A stretch of 64,000 nucleotides of DNA from Alphaproteobacteria bacterium (GTDB lineage Bacteria > Pseudomonadota > Alphaproteobacteria > Bin95): the NCBI GenBank assembly GCA_040263875.1, contig JBDQJI010000003.1, positions 19,994-83,993 of the forward strand. The letters run 5' to 3'. A program made the position numbers and the translations under genes. Shown in pieces: positions 17,903 to 27,959 of this stretch (positions are counted from its first letter, which is position 1; each line of letters begins with the position of its first letter). The notes beneath the pieces are model-generated. The model was not told where the DNA came from. It did no database searches and worked only from the letters and a program-made list of their open reading frames with translations.

Positions 17903-18580
17903 CTAGTCCTCGAAGCTGCAACCCAGCCGCTTTAGGCTCGCGTCAACCCATGCGCGGTCCGCCTTGCCGGCGTCGATATCTGCAAACTGCTGAATTTCAG
18001 CCGCATTCTTCGCTTCTGTGGCTTTCAATACGTCGGCGGCATCCGCTTTTGGAACGCAAAGACAGCCGTCCCAATCGCCAATCATCAGATCGCCGGGCCG
18101 TATGACCATGCCATCAATGGCAATGTCGTAGCCGATTTCACCGGGGCCATCTTTGTAAGGGCCGCGATGGCTGACGCCTGCTGCGAATACCGGCAGGTTT
18201 CGTTTCTGGAATGCATCCAAGTCCCGGATGGCAGCATCCAACACGAATCCGGCGACACCGCGCGACATTGCAAGTGAGAGCATGATCTCGCCCATCAGCG
18301 AATTGGTAAGGTCGCCACCGCCATCACACACGATAACATCACCCGGCTCAGCCATATCAATGGCCTTATGCAACATCAAATTATCGCCAGGGCGTGTCTT
18401 CACTGTAAGCGCCGGGCCAGAAAGTTGGCCAGATGCGTGCATTGGCCGAAGCCGTGAGCCACCTGCGGTCATACGGGACATGCTATCCGACACATTCGCG
18501 ACCGGCATATGTTGATATTTTGCGACTAGGTCAGCCGAAACTTTGTCTGTGTTTTTGCGGACACGAAAACCAATGGGCAT
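17903..18580 (-). CDS. RraA-family protein (RNase E regulator / 4-hydroxy-4-methyl-2-oxoglutarate aldolase-like)
   Basis: VIVCDGGGDLTNSLMGEIMLSLAMSRGVAGFVLDAAIRD is the RraA/HMG-CHA aldolase core. The start is taken at MPIGF (offset 24 codons into the track ORF), preceded by an AGGGGAGGGG ribosome-binding site. Confidence 0.75.
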   Translation of the reverse strand: MPIGFRVRKNTDKVSADLVAKYQHMPVANVSDSMSRMTAGGSRLRPMHASGQLSGPALTVKTRPGDNLMLHKAIDMAEPGDVIVCDGGGDLTNSLMGEIMLSLAMSRGVAGFVLDAAIRDLDAFQKRNLPVFAAGVSHRGPYKDGPGEIGYDIAIDGMVIRPGDLMIGDWDGCLCVPKADAADVLKATEAKNAAEIQQFADIDAGKADRAWVDASLKRLGCSFED

Positions 18581-18702
18581 AGCGGCCCCTCCCCTAATGA
18601 TGTATTCGCCTAAGTCTGCCTCGCAGCTGCCGGAAACGCCAGCTTGCATCACTGGCGGCCTCCGGGCGACACTTCCATCAACTTTGCGCCAATAGTCTAT
18701 TG

Positions 18703-19521
18703 ATGGAGTTCTCGATGATCGCTGAAGCCAAAGATTTCGAAGCCGAGTGCGCTGCGCTCGCCACTCTGCTCGCCCCCTTAAGCGATGCTGATTTTGCCCG
18801 TGAAACAGCGTTCAAAGGCTGGTCCATCAACGACATCATGTCTCATCTCTATATGGGCGACACATCGGCCCGGCAAACGCTGATGGAACCAGAAGCCTAT
18901 GCAGAAGCACGGGCAGTTCGTCGGAAAGCGCAGGATGGCGGCGAAACACTGCTGTCCTACCAACGGAGATGGGTTGATGGAGTACAAGGACGTGCGCTCG
19001 CAGCCGCATGGCGCGAATCATCCGGTAAAACCGCCGCCGCCTATGCTGAGGCAGACCCAAAACTTCGCGTAAAATGGGTTGGCCCAGATATGAGCGCCCG
19101 CTCCAGCATCACAGCGCGATTGATGGAGACCTGGTCCCATTCACAGGCGATCTATGACCTCCTGGGCGTTGTTCGCCAGGATCATGACGGCATCCGCGCC
19201 ATCGCACATCTTGGTGCCATTACCTATGGCTGGACCTTCAAGAATCGCAACGAAGACCCACCGGGACCACCGCCGCATATCCGACTGACAGCACCTTCCG
19301 GTGCCGTTTGGGAATGGAATGCCGACACATCAGCGCCCAGTGAACGCGTAGAAGGCCCTGCTACAGATTTCTGCCAAGTGGTTGCGCAAACCCGGAATAT
19401 CCAGGATGTCGGCTTGACTGTTACTGGTCCGAACGCAAACACGTGGATGGCCAAAGCCCAGTGTTTTGCAGGGCCGCCCAACGATCCGCCAACACCCGGC
19501 GCTCGCCGGACAGGCGCTTGA
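18703..19521 (+). CDS. DinB/YfiT-like (maleylpyruvate-isomerase N-terminal domain, TIGR03083/03084-type) metal-dependent enzyme
   Basis: N-terminal four-helix-bundle pattern (DFARETAFKGWSINDIMSHL...HxxxD/E) plus a C-terminal domain. The start could be the TTG at 18700 or the ATG at 18703. Confidence 0.55.
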   Translation: MEFSMIAEAKDFEAECAALATLLAPLSDADFARETAFKGWSINDIMSHLYMGDTSARQTLMEPEAYAEARAVRRKAQDGGETLLSYQRRWVDGVQGRALAAAWRESSGKTAAAYAEADPKLRVKWVGPDMSARSSITARLMETWSHSQAIYDLLGVVRQDHDGIRAIAHLGAITYGWTFKNRNEDPPGPPPHIRLTAPSGAVWEWNADTSAPSERVEGPATDFCQVVAQTRNIQDVGLTVTGPNANTWMAKAQCFAGPPNDPPTPGARRTGA

Positions 19522-19571
19522 TGTCAATATAACGTCTCGAAGACTACGGATACCGCCAGACAGGAAACACC

Positions 19572-20666
19572 ATGGCTAAAATTGACCATATTGAAACGCG
19601 CCTTTTCCATGTACCGCTGGATGAACCTTTGGCAGATGCGAAGCATGGCACGCACACGCATTTTGAACTGATTACCGCCACTGTTCATTTAGATGATGGC
19701 CGGTCTGGCACGGGCTACAGCTATACTGGTGGACGTGGCGGATTTGCTGTCGCGGCAATGATTGAACACGACTTGGCACCGTTCCTCATGGGCCAAGCGC
19801 CAGATGATGTTGAAGCGCTGTATGAAGCCATGCAGTGGCACGTGCACTATGTCGCCCGTGGTGGGATTGCGTCTTTCGCCATTTCAGCCGTCGATATCGC
19901 ACTTTGGGATCTACGCGGACATGCTCGGGGACAACCCCTTTGGCAAATGGCTGGCGGCGCTTCACGCACGACTAAGGCGTATTGCGGCGGGATTGATCTA
20001 AATTTCACCCAGGAACGCTTGCTGAAAAACATCCAGGGCTATCTGGATAACGGCTTCAACGCGGTCAAAATCAAAGTTGGAAAGCCGGAATTGGATGAGG
20101 ACGCACAGCGCAGCGCCGCCGTCCGTAAGCTCATCGGCCCGGATGTGGCTTTCATGGTGGATGCCAATTATTCACTAACAGTCGAACAAGCCATCCCGGC
20201 GGCGCGCGTGTTCATGGAGCAGGATATTCTTTGGTTCGAGGAGCCGATTATCCCAGATAACTATGCTGGATACGCTGAAATCGCTGCAGCGACGGGCTGC
20301 CCGCTCGCCATGGGCGAAAACCTGCACACGATCCATGAGTTCGAATATGCTTTTGCCCAATCAAACTTATCGTTCATCCAGCCGGACGCCTCAAATTGTG
20401 GTGGCATTACTGGATGGCTTCAGGTGTCTACCCTCGCGAAACAGCACGGCATTCCTGTGTGCAGTCATGGCATGCAGGAGTTGCAAGTCAGCCTCCTAGC
20501 CGCACAGCCACATGCCGGTTGGCTCGAAGTCCACAGCTTCCCGATTGACCGCTACACGACACGACCGCTAGTGGTCGAAAACTGTCTTGCAGTGGCACCG
20601 GATGAACCAGGGACAGGCGTGACATTTGATTGGGATAGCTTGAACGGCTTCGAACAAGCCCGTTAG
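19572..20666 (+). CDS. Mandelate racemase / muconate lactonizing enzyme family (enolase superfamily) protein
   Basis: N-terminal capping domain, KIKVG...D (general-base Lys motif [14 protein letters not shown]), and metal ligands D(MVDANY)...E(FEEP)...D(IQPD). Confidence 0.85.
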   Translation: MAKIDHIETRLFHVPLDEPLADAKHGTHTHFELITATVHLDDGRSGTGYSYTGGRGGFAVAAMIEHDLAPFLMGQAPDDVEALYEAMQWHVHYVARGGIASFAISAVDIALWDLRGHARGQPLWQMAGGASRTTKAYCGGIDLNFTQERLLKNIQGYLDNGFNAVKIKVGKPELDEDAQRSAAVRKLIGPDVAFMVDANYSLTVEQAIPAARVFMEQDILWFEEPIIPDNYAGYAEIAAATGCPLAMGENLHTIHEFEYAFAQSNLSFIQPDASNCGGITGWLQVSTLAKQHGIPVCSHGMQELQVSLLAAQPHAGWLEVHSFPIDRYTTRPLVVENCLAVAPDEPGTGVTFDWDSLNGFEQAR

Positions 20667-22066
20667 CCGACCTGCTCCGTTGTCACGGGGAAATGCGCTG
20701 CAAGATCGTCTGCCTCCATCAGATGATAGGCGTTGAAGCGGTAAGCGGGGCCAGCCGCAAGTTCTGGCGGCGTAAACGGAAACGCAATGTTGCCGCTAGT
20801 GGACAGCCTTCCTGGAAAGCCGTGATGCAGCAGATATTGCTTCGTTGATTTCGTAACGGCGAGCGCGCGATCTCTAGTTGGCGCAATCACCTCACCCAGA
20901 ATGAATATCTCACGGAGCGGTGTCACAGGCGGGTCTGGCCAAGGAAATACCGCATCCAAGCCATACGTGCGGAAGGTCAAGTCATAGTCTGGTGGTACGC
21001 CGGCACCACACACTAAATCCTGCACAACGCCTTTCACTTCTTCCAGCAAAGTTTTCACATTCTGGATAAATCGCGGGTCCGCTGATCCTGCAAGCAAAAC
21101 CGCTCGTTCGCCCAGATAGCGCGCACCCTCCAGCTTGATTGTTAGCTGCTCCGCAGGCTCCCAGCGCGCACCTTCGACGCGGGTGCGCCTGGCATCAACA
21201 GCACTGTAGGTCGCTGTATCGACCAGTGCCGCACCTTCAGGCTCTGTAATCCTGTGGGGGTCCGCTTGCTCATAAAGACTATGCGCAGCGACAGACATAG
21301 GCGTTGCGGCCCGTGCGGGGTTCATACTTTCCAGCACAAAGCCTTGCTTATCCAGCACCGCCAGAATCGGATCACGACCACCTGGCAAGCAGCACAGTGA
21401 GGCGCATTCGACGATTTTGGCCATATGGACGGTCAGCCCGGTCGGAAAGCCCAGCCATTCCGGAATGCAGGCATAAATGCCCGTATCGCAGGCGCGACCA
21501 GCAATGATTACGTCTGGCTCAGTCTCCAATGCACGAATAAACGCCTCTGTCCCTGCCTGCCCAACCAAGTTTGAGCTGGCGTGGACTTCTTCTACTGTCA
21601 AATCCGGTAGAACGCCCATGCCGCGCACGCGTCCAGCATCAACGGCAGCGCTCACACTATCGCGATCCATATCGGAACGAATAACGGCCAGTTTGAAACT
21701 CAGGCCATGCTCAGCTGCGATATCCCGGATTATCGCCAACGTCGCGTCCAAGTGCGCTGCAGCGCCTGCAGAACCGGCGCTGCCAATGATCAGCGGGATA
21801 TTGTGGGTCCGCGCGCCAACCAACAACTTCTCCAGGTCACGCCGCGTTTGCTCACCTGCGGTCGCCATCTCGCCGGCGCCTAGGAATGTTGGCCCGATAT
21901 CTGTGGATCCCATGTCAGCGCCGATCATGTCCGGCTTCCGGGCCAGTGCCGTTGTGAACGCTGGCTCTGGCACCCCGTAGCCAAGCTGCCCCGTCGCGCC
22001 GATCAATTTCAGCGGCTGGTCAGGGTTGGCCACGAAACGTGCGCGCAGGCGGGCGACGGCGCTCAT
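20663..22066 (-). CDS. DUF1446 / AtuA-like (acyclic terpene utilisation family) protein
   Basis: 467 aa, starting [31 protein letters not shown]. Size and N-terminal pattern fit AtuA-family proteins. It is paired immediately upstream with a roughly 100-aa DUF4387-like ORF, which is the canonical arrangement. Confidence 0.6.
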   Translation of the reverse strand: MSAVARLRARFVANPDQPLKLIGATGQLGYGVPEPAFTTALARKPDMIGADMGSTDIGPTFLGAGEMATAGEQTRRDLEKLLVGARTHNIPLIIGSAGSAGAAAHLDATLAIIRDIAAEHGLSFKLAVIRSDMDRDSVSAAVDAGRVRGMGVLPDLTVEEVHASSNLVGQAGTEAFIRALETEPDVIIAGRACDTGIYACIPEWLGFPTGLTVHMAKIVECASLCCLPGGRDPILAVLDKQGFVLESMNPARAATPMSVAAHSLYEQADPHRITEPEGAALVDTATYSAVDARRTRVEGARWEPAEQLTIKLEGARYLGERAVLLAGSADPRFIQNVKTLLEEVKGVVQDLVCGAGVPPDYDLTFRTYGLDAVFPWPDPPVTPLREIFILGEVIAPTRDRALAVTKSTKQYLLHHGFPGRLSTSGNIAFPFTPPELAAGPAYRFNAYHLMEADDLAAHFPVTTEQVG

Positions 22067-22365
22067 ACTTCAATCTCCAACAATGGCGCATGTTGCTGCG
22101 CGCCGTATACGTCCCGATCTCCGGGCGCACCGGCGGCTTCATGGCGCGGCAGCGTGATCTTCATGGCGAGCGCCGTCGGGTATGGTGTGATGACAACGGC
22201 GTTGGCCGAAACGCTGTAGATTTTGGCGATAGGTTCTGCCCGTAAGCCAGGTGCTGCCAGGCAACGTTCATAGTCCGCTTCGGTCTCTAACATTATGTCG
22301 AATGTCAGATGCAGAGGCCCTGCATTCTTGCTGCGGACAACACGAGCCATATCCATCAATCGCAT
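22063..22365 (-). CDS. DUF4387-like small protein, the AtuA-associated partner
   Basis: A 100-aa ORF (MRLMDMARVVRSKNAGPLHLTFDIMLE...) whose stop overlaps the AtuA-like start by 4 nt. The ~100-aa partner directly 5' of AtuA is the usual gene pair. Confidence 0.5.
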   Translation of the reverse strand: MRLMDMARVVRSKNAGPLHLTFDIMLETEADYERCLAAPGLRAEPIAKIYSVSANAVVITPYPTALAMKITLPRHEAAGAPGDRDVYGAQQHAPLLEIEV

Positions 22366-22378
22366 GCTGGGCGTCTCC

Positions 22379-23611
22379 CTATCCCGTCTTTACGGTCTCA
22401 CTTGCCGGTGCCCGCCATGTTTCTTGCGCGGCGATCGCAAATACCATTCCCGCCAGCATGATCCCACCAGCCGCGACAAGCAAAGCAATGTCAGTGCCCG
22501 CATAGTCCGCAATCAAGCCAAGCGACAGTGGGCCAACGACATACCCAACATCCCCTACCATACGGAATGTGCTCATAGTGGCGGCGTTCATGCCGGGTGG
22601 TGCGCAATCTGCCGCGTAGGCCGATGGTGCAGCACCGCCAATTGCGCTGGCGACACCCCAGACCACACATGCAGCAAGAAACAATGGATAGCCGCCAGAA
22701 AATGCGAACAAGCACATGGATATGCCGGTGATGAGTGTTGTCGGCACAATCACCGTTTTGCGCCCGTAGCGATCCGCCAAAGCGCCCGCTGGATAGGCTG
22801 CAAGCAGGCCGAGTCCGCTCCCAAGTGCCAACCCAAACCCGACCTCACTCAACGACAAATCAAGCTTTACCGCACCGATCAATGGGATCAGGCTGAATAG
22901 TCCGCCCGTGCGCACCACGGCGTTCATTAGGGAAACAATGCAGATCAATACGTAGCCTCGCTTCGCTGCAAGTATCCGCAATTGCTGCATGAAAGGCACG
23001 CGATCCGGAGCGGGTTTGCCGTCCCGATTGGCAGCGAAATCACGGGTCTCACCCACAGCAAACCAAGCGCAGAGCGCACAGACAACTCCGGCGATGCCAT
23101 AGGCAGCGAATGGAGCATATAGGCCGAAATTGTCGGCGATCAGCCCGCCTGGAAGCGGGCCGACACCCACTGCGAAGATGAATGTGCCTTGGTAGATTGA
23201 TATAACGCGGCCCCGTCGTGCGGGCGTCGTGATGTCCGCCAGGATGATCTGGCCGGTCGTGATTACGAGCCCAGCGCCTGCGCCAGCGACAAAGCGGCCA
23301 AGCATGAACTCAGGGTAGCTATCTGCCACCGCACAGATGACGTTACCCAGCGCTGTCACGAGACCGCCTAAAGCCAAACTTGGGCGACGCCCAAGCCTAT
23401 CGGACAACATCCCGGCACACGGCGCGCCAAACAGCCTTGCAAAACCGTAGATCGCGAGGGCCATGCCGATGAGGAACGTCGAAACGCCAAATGATTTCGC
23501 ATAGAGCGAAATCGTCGGCACGATAGCGCCAAACCCAAGCTGATTGATGGCAATCAGCACACACATCCATATCAGAACGCGCCGCTCGCTTAGATTAGCG
23601 GGCGGGGTCAC
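22379..23611 (-). CDS. MFS transporter
   Basis: 12 predicted transmembrane helices, with an MFS signature between TM2 and TM3 (GMLSDRLGRRPSL) and a repeat in the second half (GALADRYGRK). Confidence 0.85.
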   Translation of the reverse strand: MTPPANLSERRVLIWMCVLIAINQLGFGAIVPTISLYAKSFGVSTFLIGMALAIYGFARLFGAPCAGMLSDRLGRRPSLALGGLVTALGNVICAVADSYPEFMLGRFVAGAGAGLVITTGQIILADITTPARRGRVISIYQGTFIFAVGVGPLPGGLIADNFGLYAPFAAYGIAGVVCALCAWFAVGETRDFAANRDGKPAPDRVPFMQQLRILAAKRGYVLICIVSLMNAVVRTGGLFSLIPLIGAVKLDLSLSEVGFGLALGSGLGLLAAYPAGALADRYGRKTVIVPTTLITGISMCLFAFSGGYPLFLAACVVWGVASAIGGAAPSAYAADCAPPGMNAATMSTFRMVGDVGYVVGPLSLGLIADYAGTDIALLVAAGGIMLAGMVFAIAAQETWRAPASETVKTG

Positions 23612-23633
23612 AGGCCAGCCTTTAGATCAGCGA

Positions 23634-24917
23634 TCAAAGCTCAGCCATGCTTTCATCAAAGGCCCGGATCGTCGTTTCGATATCTGCTTCCGTATGGCAG
23701 ACGCCGATATAGTGCTTGCTTTCACTTTTCAGAATGCCGCGTTTGCGCATGCCGGCATTGTACTTCGCGGCTTTCTCCGGATCACCAAGGGAGGAGCGAT
23801 AATCGACCACTTCCTGGTTGGCAAAAATCACATCGAACATCGGTGCATCGCCAACGACCTTGGCTTCGATATTGCGGCGCTTCAGGATGTCTCTATAACC
23901 TTCCATCAACGCTTCACCACGGGCGAACAATGTCTCGAATGCGCCAGGGCGTTTCAGGATTTCGAGCGTCTTGCGGCCAGCGGCAGCGGCCACTGGGTTA
24001 CCCGAAAGCGTGCCGATCTGCGCCATGAACTTGTCTTCACCGACGGCAGATTTATCGAAATTCGCCATAATCTCGGCCTTGCCCCCGATAGCGGCCAACG
24101 GGAATCCACCGCCAATGGCTTTGCCCATGGTGCAGATATCCGGCATCACGCCGTAATATTGCTGCGCGCCGCCATAAGCGAAGCGGAAGCCTGTGACGAC
24201 TTCATCGAAAATCAGCAGAATGTCGTTCTCTTCCGTGATCCGGCGAAGGCCCTCTAGGAAGCCAGGTTGAGGCGGAATGAGGCGCTGGAACGGCTCAGCC
24301 AAAATCGCCGCGATCTCACCCTTGTGCTCTTTCACCAAGCTCTCGACCATGGCAAGATCGTTATAGGGTGCTACCAGCATTTCCTGCTGCACGCTCTTTG
24401 GGATACCTGGGCTATCTGGAACGCCGACTGGGAAATTGCTTTTCCGTTTTGGCGCTAGGCTGATGAGGCCAAAGTCGCTCATCCCATGATAACCGCCTTC
24501 GAATTTCAGGATTTTGTCCCGGCCCGTATGAGCGCGCGCAACGCGCATCGCGTACATATCAGCTTCAGATCCAGATGAGACGAACCGCACCTGCTCGACG
24601 GATGGCATCGCTTCCACAATCTCAGCCGCCAGATGTATACCGTCTGCATTATTCGCGAAGAACGTCGTGCCTTGGGTGACGCAATGCTGCGTGGCTGCCA
24701 GCACTTCCGGGTGCGCATGGCCAACAATCATTGGGCCAGAGCCTAGCAGGTAGTCGATATACTCGTTCCCGCTCACATCCCAGACATGACTGCCCTCCCC
24801 GCGCGCGACGATCAGAGGATAGGTGACATTGCCGAAGCCGCCCGCAGGCAGCACCCGTTTCGCCAGTTCAACAAGTTCAGCCTCACTCATATCTTGAGCC
24901 AATGCAGCTTCAGCCAT
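23634..24917 (-). CDS. Class III (omega) aminotransferase, PLP-dependent
   Basis: YLLGSGPMIVGHAHPEV..., the PLP-Lys region (DEVVTGFR...), and a 427-aa size typical of GSA-aminomutase/omega-transaminase family members. Confidence 0.85.
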   Translation of the reverse strand: MAEAALAQDMSEAELVELAKRVLPAGGFGNVTYPLIVARGEGSHVWDVSGNEYIDYLLGSGPMIVGHAHPEVLAATQHCVTQGTTFFANNADGIHLAAEIVEAMPSVEQVRFVSSGSEADMYAMRVARAHTGRDKILKFEGGYHGMSDFGLISLAPKRKSNFPVGVPDSPGIPKSVQQEMLVAPYNDLAMVESLVKEHKGEIAAILAEPFQRLIPPQPGFLEGLRRITEENDILLIFDEVVTGFRFAYGGAQQYYGVMPDICTMGKAIGGGFPLAAIGGKAEIMANFDKSAVGEDKFMAQIGTLSGNPVAAAAGRKTLEILKRPGAFETLFARGEALMEGYRDILKRRNIEAKVVGDAPMFDVIFANQEVVDYRSSLGDPEKAAKYNAGMRKRGILKSESKHYIGVCHTEADIETTIRAFDESMAEL

Positions 24918-24938
24918 CGCCCTGCTCCCTTTGATTAA

Positions 24939-25724
24939 TCAGGTGACCGGTGACCGGCCGCCGTCAACATTGATATCCACGCCCGTAACGTAAGCCGCCG
25001 CATCGGACGCCAGAAAACAGGCAACATTGGCGAACTCTTCCGATGTGCCAATGCGGCCAAGCGGAATGCGCGCCTTCTCTGCCATCTCGACCTTGAATTC
25101 ATCATAACTCAGGCCGCGATTATCTGCTGCGTGCTTGCGAACATGCTGATCGCTATCGATCAATCCGGTCATCATCGCATTAACCAGAATATTATGTGGC
25201 GCGCCTTCGTTCGCCAGAATTTTGGAAAGTGCCAGCCCAGCCGCCCGCGTCACTGCCGTTGGCGCACCCTCTGCCGCCGGTGCTTTTGCCCCTGTATTTA
25301 GGATATTGATGATTCGGCCCCAGTTACGCTCTTTCATGTCTGCGAATGCGAGGCGTGAGAAGCGAATTTGGGCGAAAAGCTTTAGCTCCAGATCGTTCTT
25401 CCAGTCTTCATCCGTCATTTCCAGGAACGGGCCACGCAGACTGGAGCCTGCATTGTTCACCAGAATATCAACCTTGCCATAGGTTTTGACCGCTTCAGCA
25501 TAGGCGGCCTCTATCGCACGCGGGTCTGTCACGTCACAGGCAATTGCATGCGCATTACCGCCAGCACCCGTGATTAGTTTGACCGTTTCATCAAGTGGTT
25601 CCTGGCGCCGTGCTACAGGCACGATATTTGCCCCAGCCGCCGCCATCTTCATGCCCATAGCCCGGCCGAGCCCCATGGATCCGCCAGTGATCAGCGCCGT
25701 GCGCCCAGTCAAATCGATCTGCAT
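24939..25724 (-). CDS. SDR-family oxidoreductase (3-oxoacyl-ACP reductase-like)
   Basis: TALITGGSMGLGRAM Rossmann motif, NNAG, and YxxxK. The start is taken at MQIDLTGR (codon 19 of the track ORF). An earlier start at 25778 is possible. Confidence 0.8.
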   Translation of the reverse strand: MQIDLTGRTALITGGSMGLGRAMGMKMAAAGANIVPVARRQEPLDETVKLITGAGGNAHAIACDVTDPRAIEAAYAEAVKTYGKVDILVNNAGSSLRGPFLEMTDEDWKNDLELKLFAQIRFSRLAFADMKERNWGRIINILNTGAKAPAAEGAPTAVTRAAGLALSKILANEGAPHNILVNAMMTGLIDSDQHVRKHAADNRGLSYDEFKVEMAEKARIPLGRIGTSEEFANVACFLASDAAAYVTGVDINVDGGRSPVT

Positions 25725-25867
25725 CTTTGATATTCCTGTGAATGAATTCGTCGTCTCTGTCCGCATGGTGAGGCGCATAGAGGCTGCTTGTCCAGAGTAT
25801 ACCCGCTTGGCTCATCAGCATGGCGGCGTTAGCCTGTTCTTCCGATCCCGAAGTTCAGGTTTGCTTG

Positions 25868-27946
25868 ATGGCGACACGTTATTCTCTTGGCATAGATATT
25901 GGCGGCACATTTACCGACGTGGTTGTGCAAGACCATGAGAAAGGCCACCAGTTCTCGCGTAAACTGCTGACCACACATGATGACCCTGCCCGCGCCGTGC
26001 TAACCGGCGTGGCCGAGGTGATCAATGAGGATGGCGTGCCAGCGACGGAAATTGGCCGCGTTGTGCACGCTACCACGCTATTCACCAATGCGCTGATCGA
26101 ACGCAAAGGCGCTGAGACCGGACTGATCGCCACCGAAGGCTTCCGGGATGTGCTGGAGATTGGGCGCGAGCGGAAATACGAACTTTACGATATTCATATC
26201 CAGAAGCCGCTCCCCTTGGCCCCTCGTGAGCGCCGTCTTGAAGCACAGGAACGGATGAACTTTGACGGCAGTGTGAAAACGCCGCTGGATGCTAGCAGCA
26301 TTCGAGTCGCTGCTGACGCGCTGGTCGCAGAAGGCGTTACTTCCGTCGCCATTTCGTTTTTGCATGCCTATGCCAATCCTGCTCATGAGCAAGAAGCTGC
26401 CGCCATTGTCCAGGCTGCATATCCTGAACTAGCTGTCAGTGTCTCATCTGACGTAGCACCTGAGATTCGGGAATATGAGCGGACGTCTACCGCACTCGCT
26501 AACGCCTATATCAAGCCACTTGCGCGTGATTATCTGGATGGCATTCAGGCAGGGTTACAAAAGGCGGGCGTCGAGGCACCGCTGTTGTTGATGCTCTCAA
26601 ACGGTGGCCTCTCAGATCTGGTTGAGGCTAAGCGCGCGCCGGTGGCATTGCTGGAGTCTGGCCCTGCGGCTGGTGCACTCGCGGCGGCATGGTTTGGACG
26701 TGACGCGGCGGGCGGCGACGTTCTAGCGTTTGATATGGGCGGAACGACGGCAAAGCTCGCTGTCGTAGATAACGGCAAGCCAGAAGTGGCCTATCACTTT
26801 GAAGCTGCCCGGCAGAAACGATTTGCTGAAGGCAGCGGATTGCCCATCCGCACCTCAACGATTGAACTGATTGAGATTGGTGCTGGCGGTGGCTCTATCG
26901 CGCGCTTGGATGAAATCGGCCTTCTAAAAGTCGGCCCGGATAGTGCTGGATCAGACCCCGGCCCTGCCTGCTATGGACTAGGTGGCACGGCACCGACCGT
27001 GACTGATGCGAACTTCGCGCTCGGCCTGCTGGATGCAGAGAGTTTCGCAGGTGGTGTCATGCAGATTGACATGGCCGCAGCGGAAGCCTCGCTGGACGAG
27101 CTTGCTGCGTCTGCCAATCTTGGTCGCGCAGAGATAGCACAGGGCATTCGAGACGTCGTGAACGAAACCATGGCATCTGCCGCTCGCGTGCATATCGCAG
27201 AGCGCGGCAAAGACCCACGCCGATACGCTTTGCTTGCAACAGGCGGCGGTGGGCCACTACATGGTGCAGATGTTGCGCGAAAGCTGGGCCTAAAGCGCAT
27301 TATCTCCCCCGCATCCGCCGGCGTTGCCTCCGCTATAGGCCTGCTGATCGCTCCCGCCCGTGTGGACAGGGTCGCGACGGTGGCCAAGCGCATGGACCAG
27401 CTTGACTGGTCTGCATTTGAGCAAACCTTCGCGCGCATGGAGGCCGACGCCAGGCACGTCATCGCGGCAACTGGGCTCAATGCAGAGAGCGCCAGGGTCG
27501 AGCGGCGCGCGGACGTCCGCTATGTCGGCCAGGCGTTCGAGATTGTAGTGGACCTGCCCCCAGGCCCCTATGACGCCAACTCAGCAACAAGCTTGCAAGG
27601 CGCGTTCGAGAAGGCGTACTTGGCCCAATTCACACGCACCCCGCCCGCCGGACCGGTAGAAATTATCAATGTCCGCATTGCAGCATCAGCCGACGCTAGC
27701 GTCGCCGCAACGAACGCCTCGAATGCAGCTACGGATGCGCCGAAGCTGAAAGGCGAGCGACGTGTATGGTCCCCAGCCGAAAAAGCCTACCGGACGACGC
27801 CTGTTTATGACCGCTATGCGTTGCGCCCCGGTGATGCATTTGATGGTCCGGCCTTGGTGGAGGAACGAGAATCTACACTGGCAGCACCCGAACGCTCCCG
27901 TTTCATCGTTGCGGCAGGCGGCGAAATCGTCGTCGATCTGGATTGA
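25868..27946 (+). CDS. hyuA: Hydantoinase/oxoprolinase A subunit (HyuA/OplA, N-methylhydantoinase A-like)
   Basis: N-terminal RYSLGIDIGGTFTDVVV (ASKHA/actin-fold ATPase) and a second DMGGTTAKLAV motif. The ATG at 25868 (offset 16 codons in the track ORF). Confidence 0.85.
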   Translation: MATRYSLGIDIGGTFTDVVVQDHEKGHQFSRKLLTTHDDPARAVLTGVAEVINEDGVPATEIGRVVHATTLFTNALIERKGAETGLIATEGFRDVLEIGRERKYELYDIHIQKPLPLAPRERRLEAQERMNFDGSVKTPLDASSIRVAADALVAEGVTSVAISFLHAYANPAHEQEAAAIVQAAYPELAVSVSSDVAPEIREYERTSTALANAYIKPLARDYLDGIQAGLQKAGVEAPLLLMLSNGGLSDLVEAKRAPVALLESGPAAGALAAAWFGRDAAGGDVLAFDMGGTTAKLAVVDNGKPEVAYHFEAARQKRFAEGSGLPIRTSTIELIEIGAGGGSIARLDEIGLLKVGPDSAGSDPGPACYGLGGTAPTVTDANFALGLLDAESFAGGVMQIDMAAAEASLDELAASANLGRAEIAQGIRDVVNETMASAARVHIAERGKDPRRYALLATGGGGPLHGADVARKLGLKRIISPASAGVASAIGLLIAPARVDRVATVAKRMDQLDWSAFEQTFARMEADARHVIAATGLNAESARVERRADVRYVGQAFEIVVDLPPGPYDANSATSLQGAFEKAYLAQFTRTPPAGPVEIINVRIAASADASVAATNASNAATDAPKLKGERRVWSPAEKAYRTTPVYDRYALRPGDAFDGPALVEERESTLAAPERSRFIVAAGGEIVVDLD

Positions 27947-27959
27947 TAGGATAAAGCCA

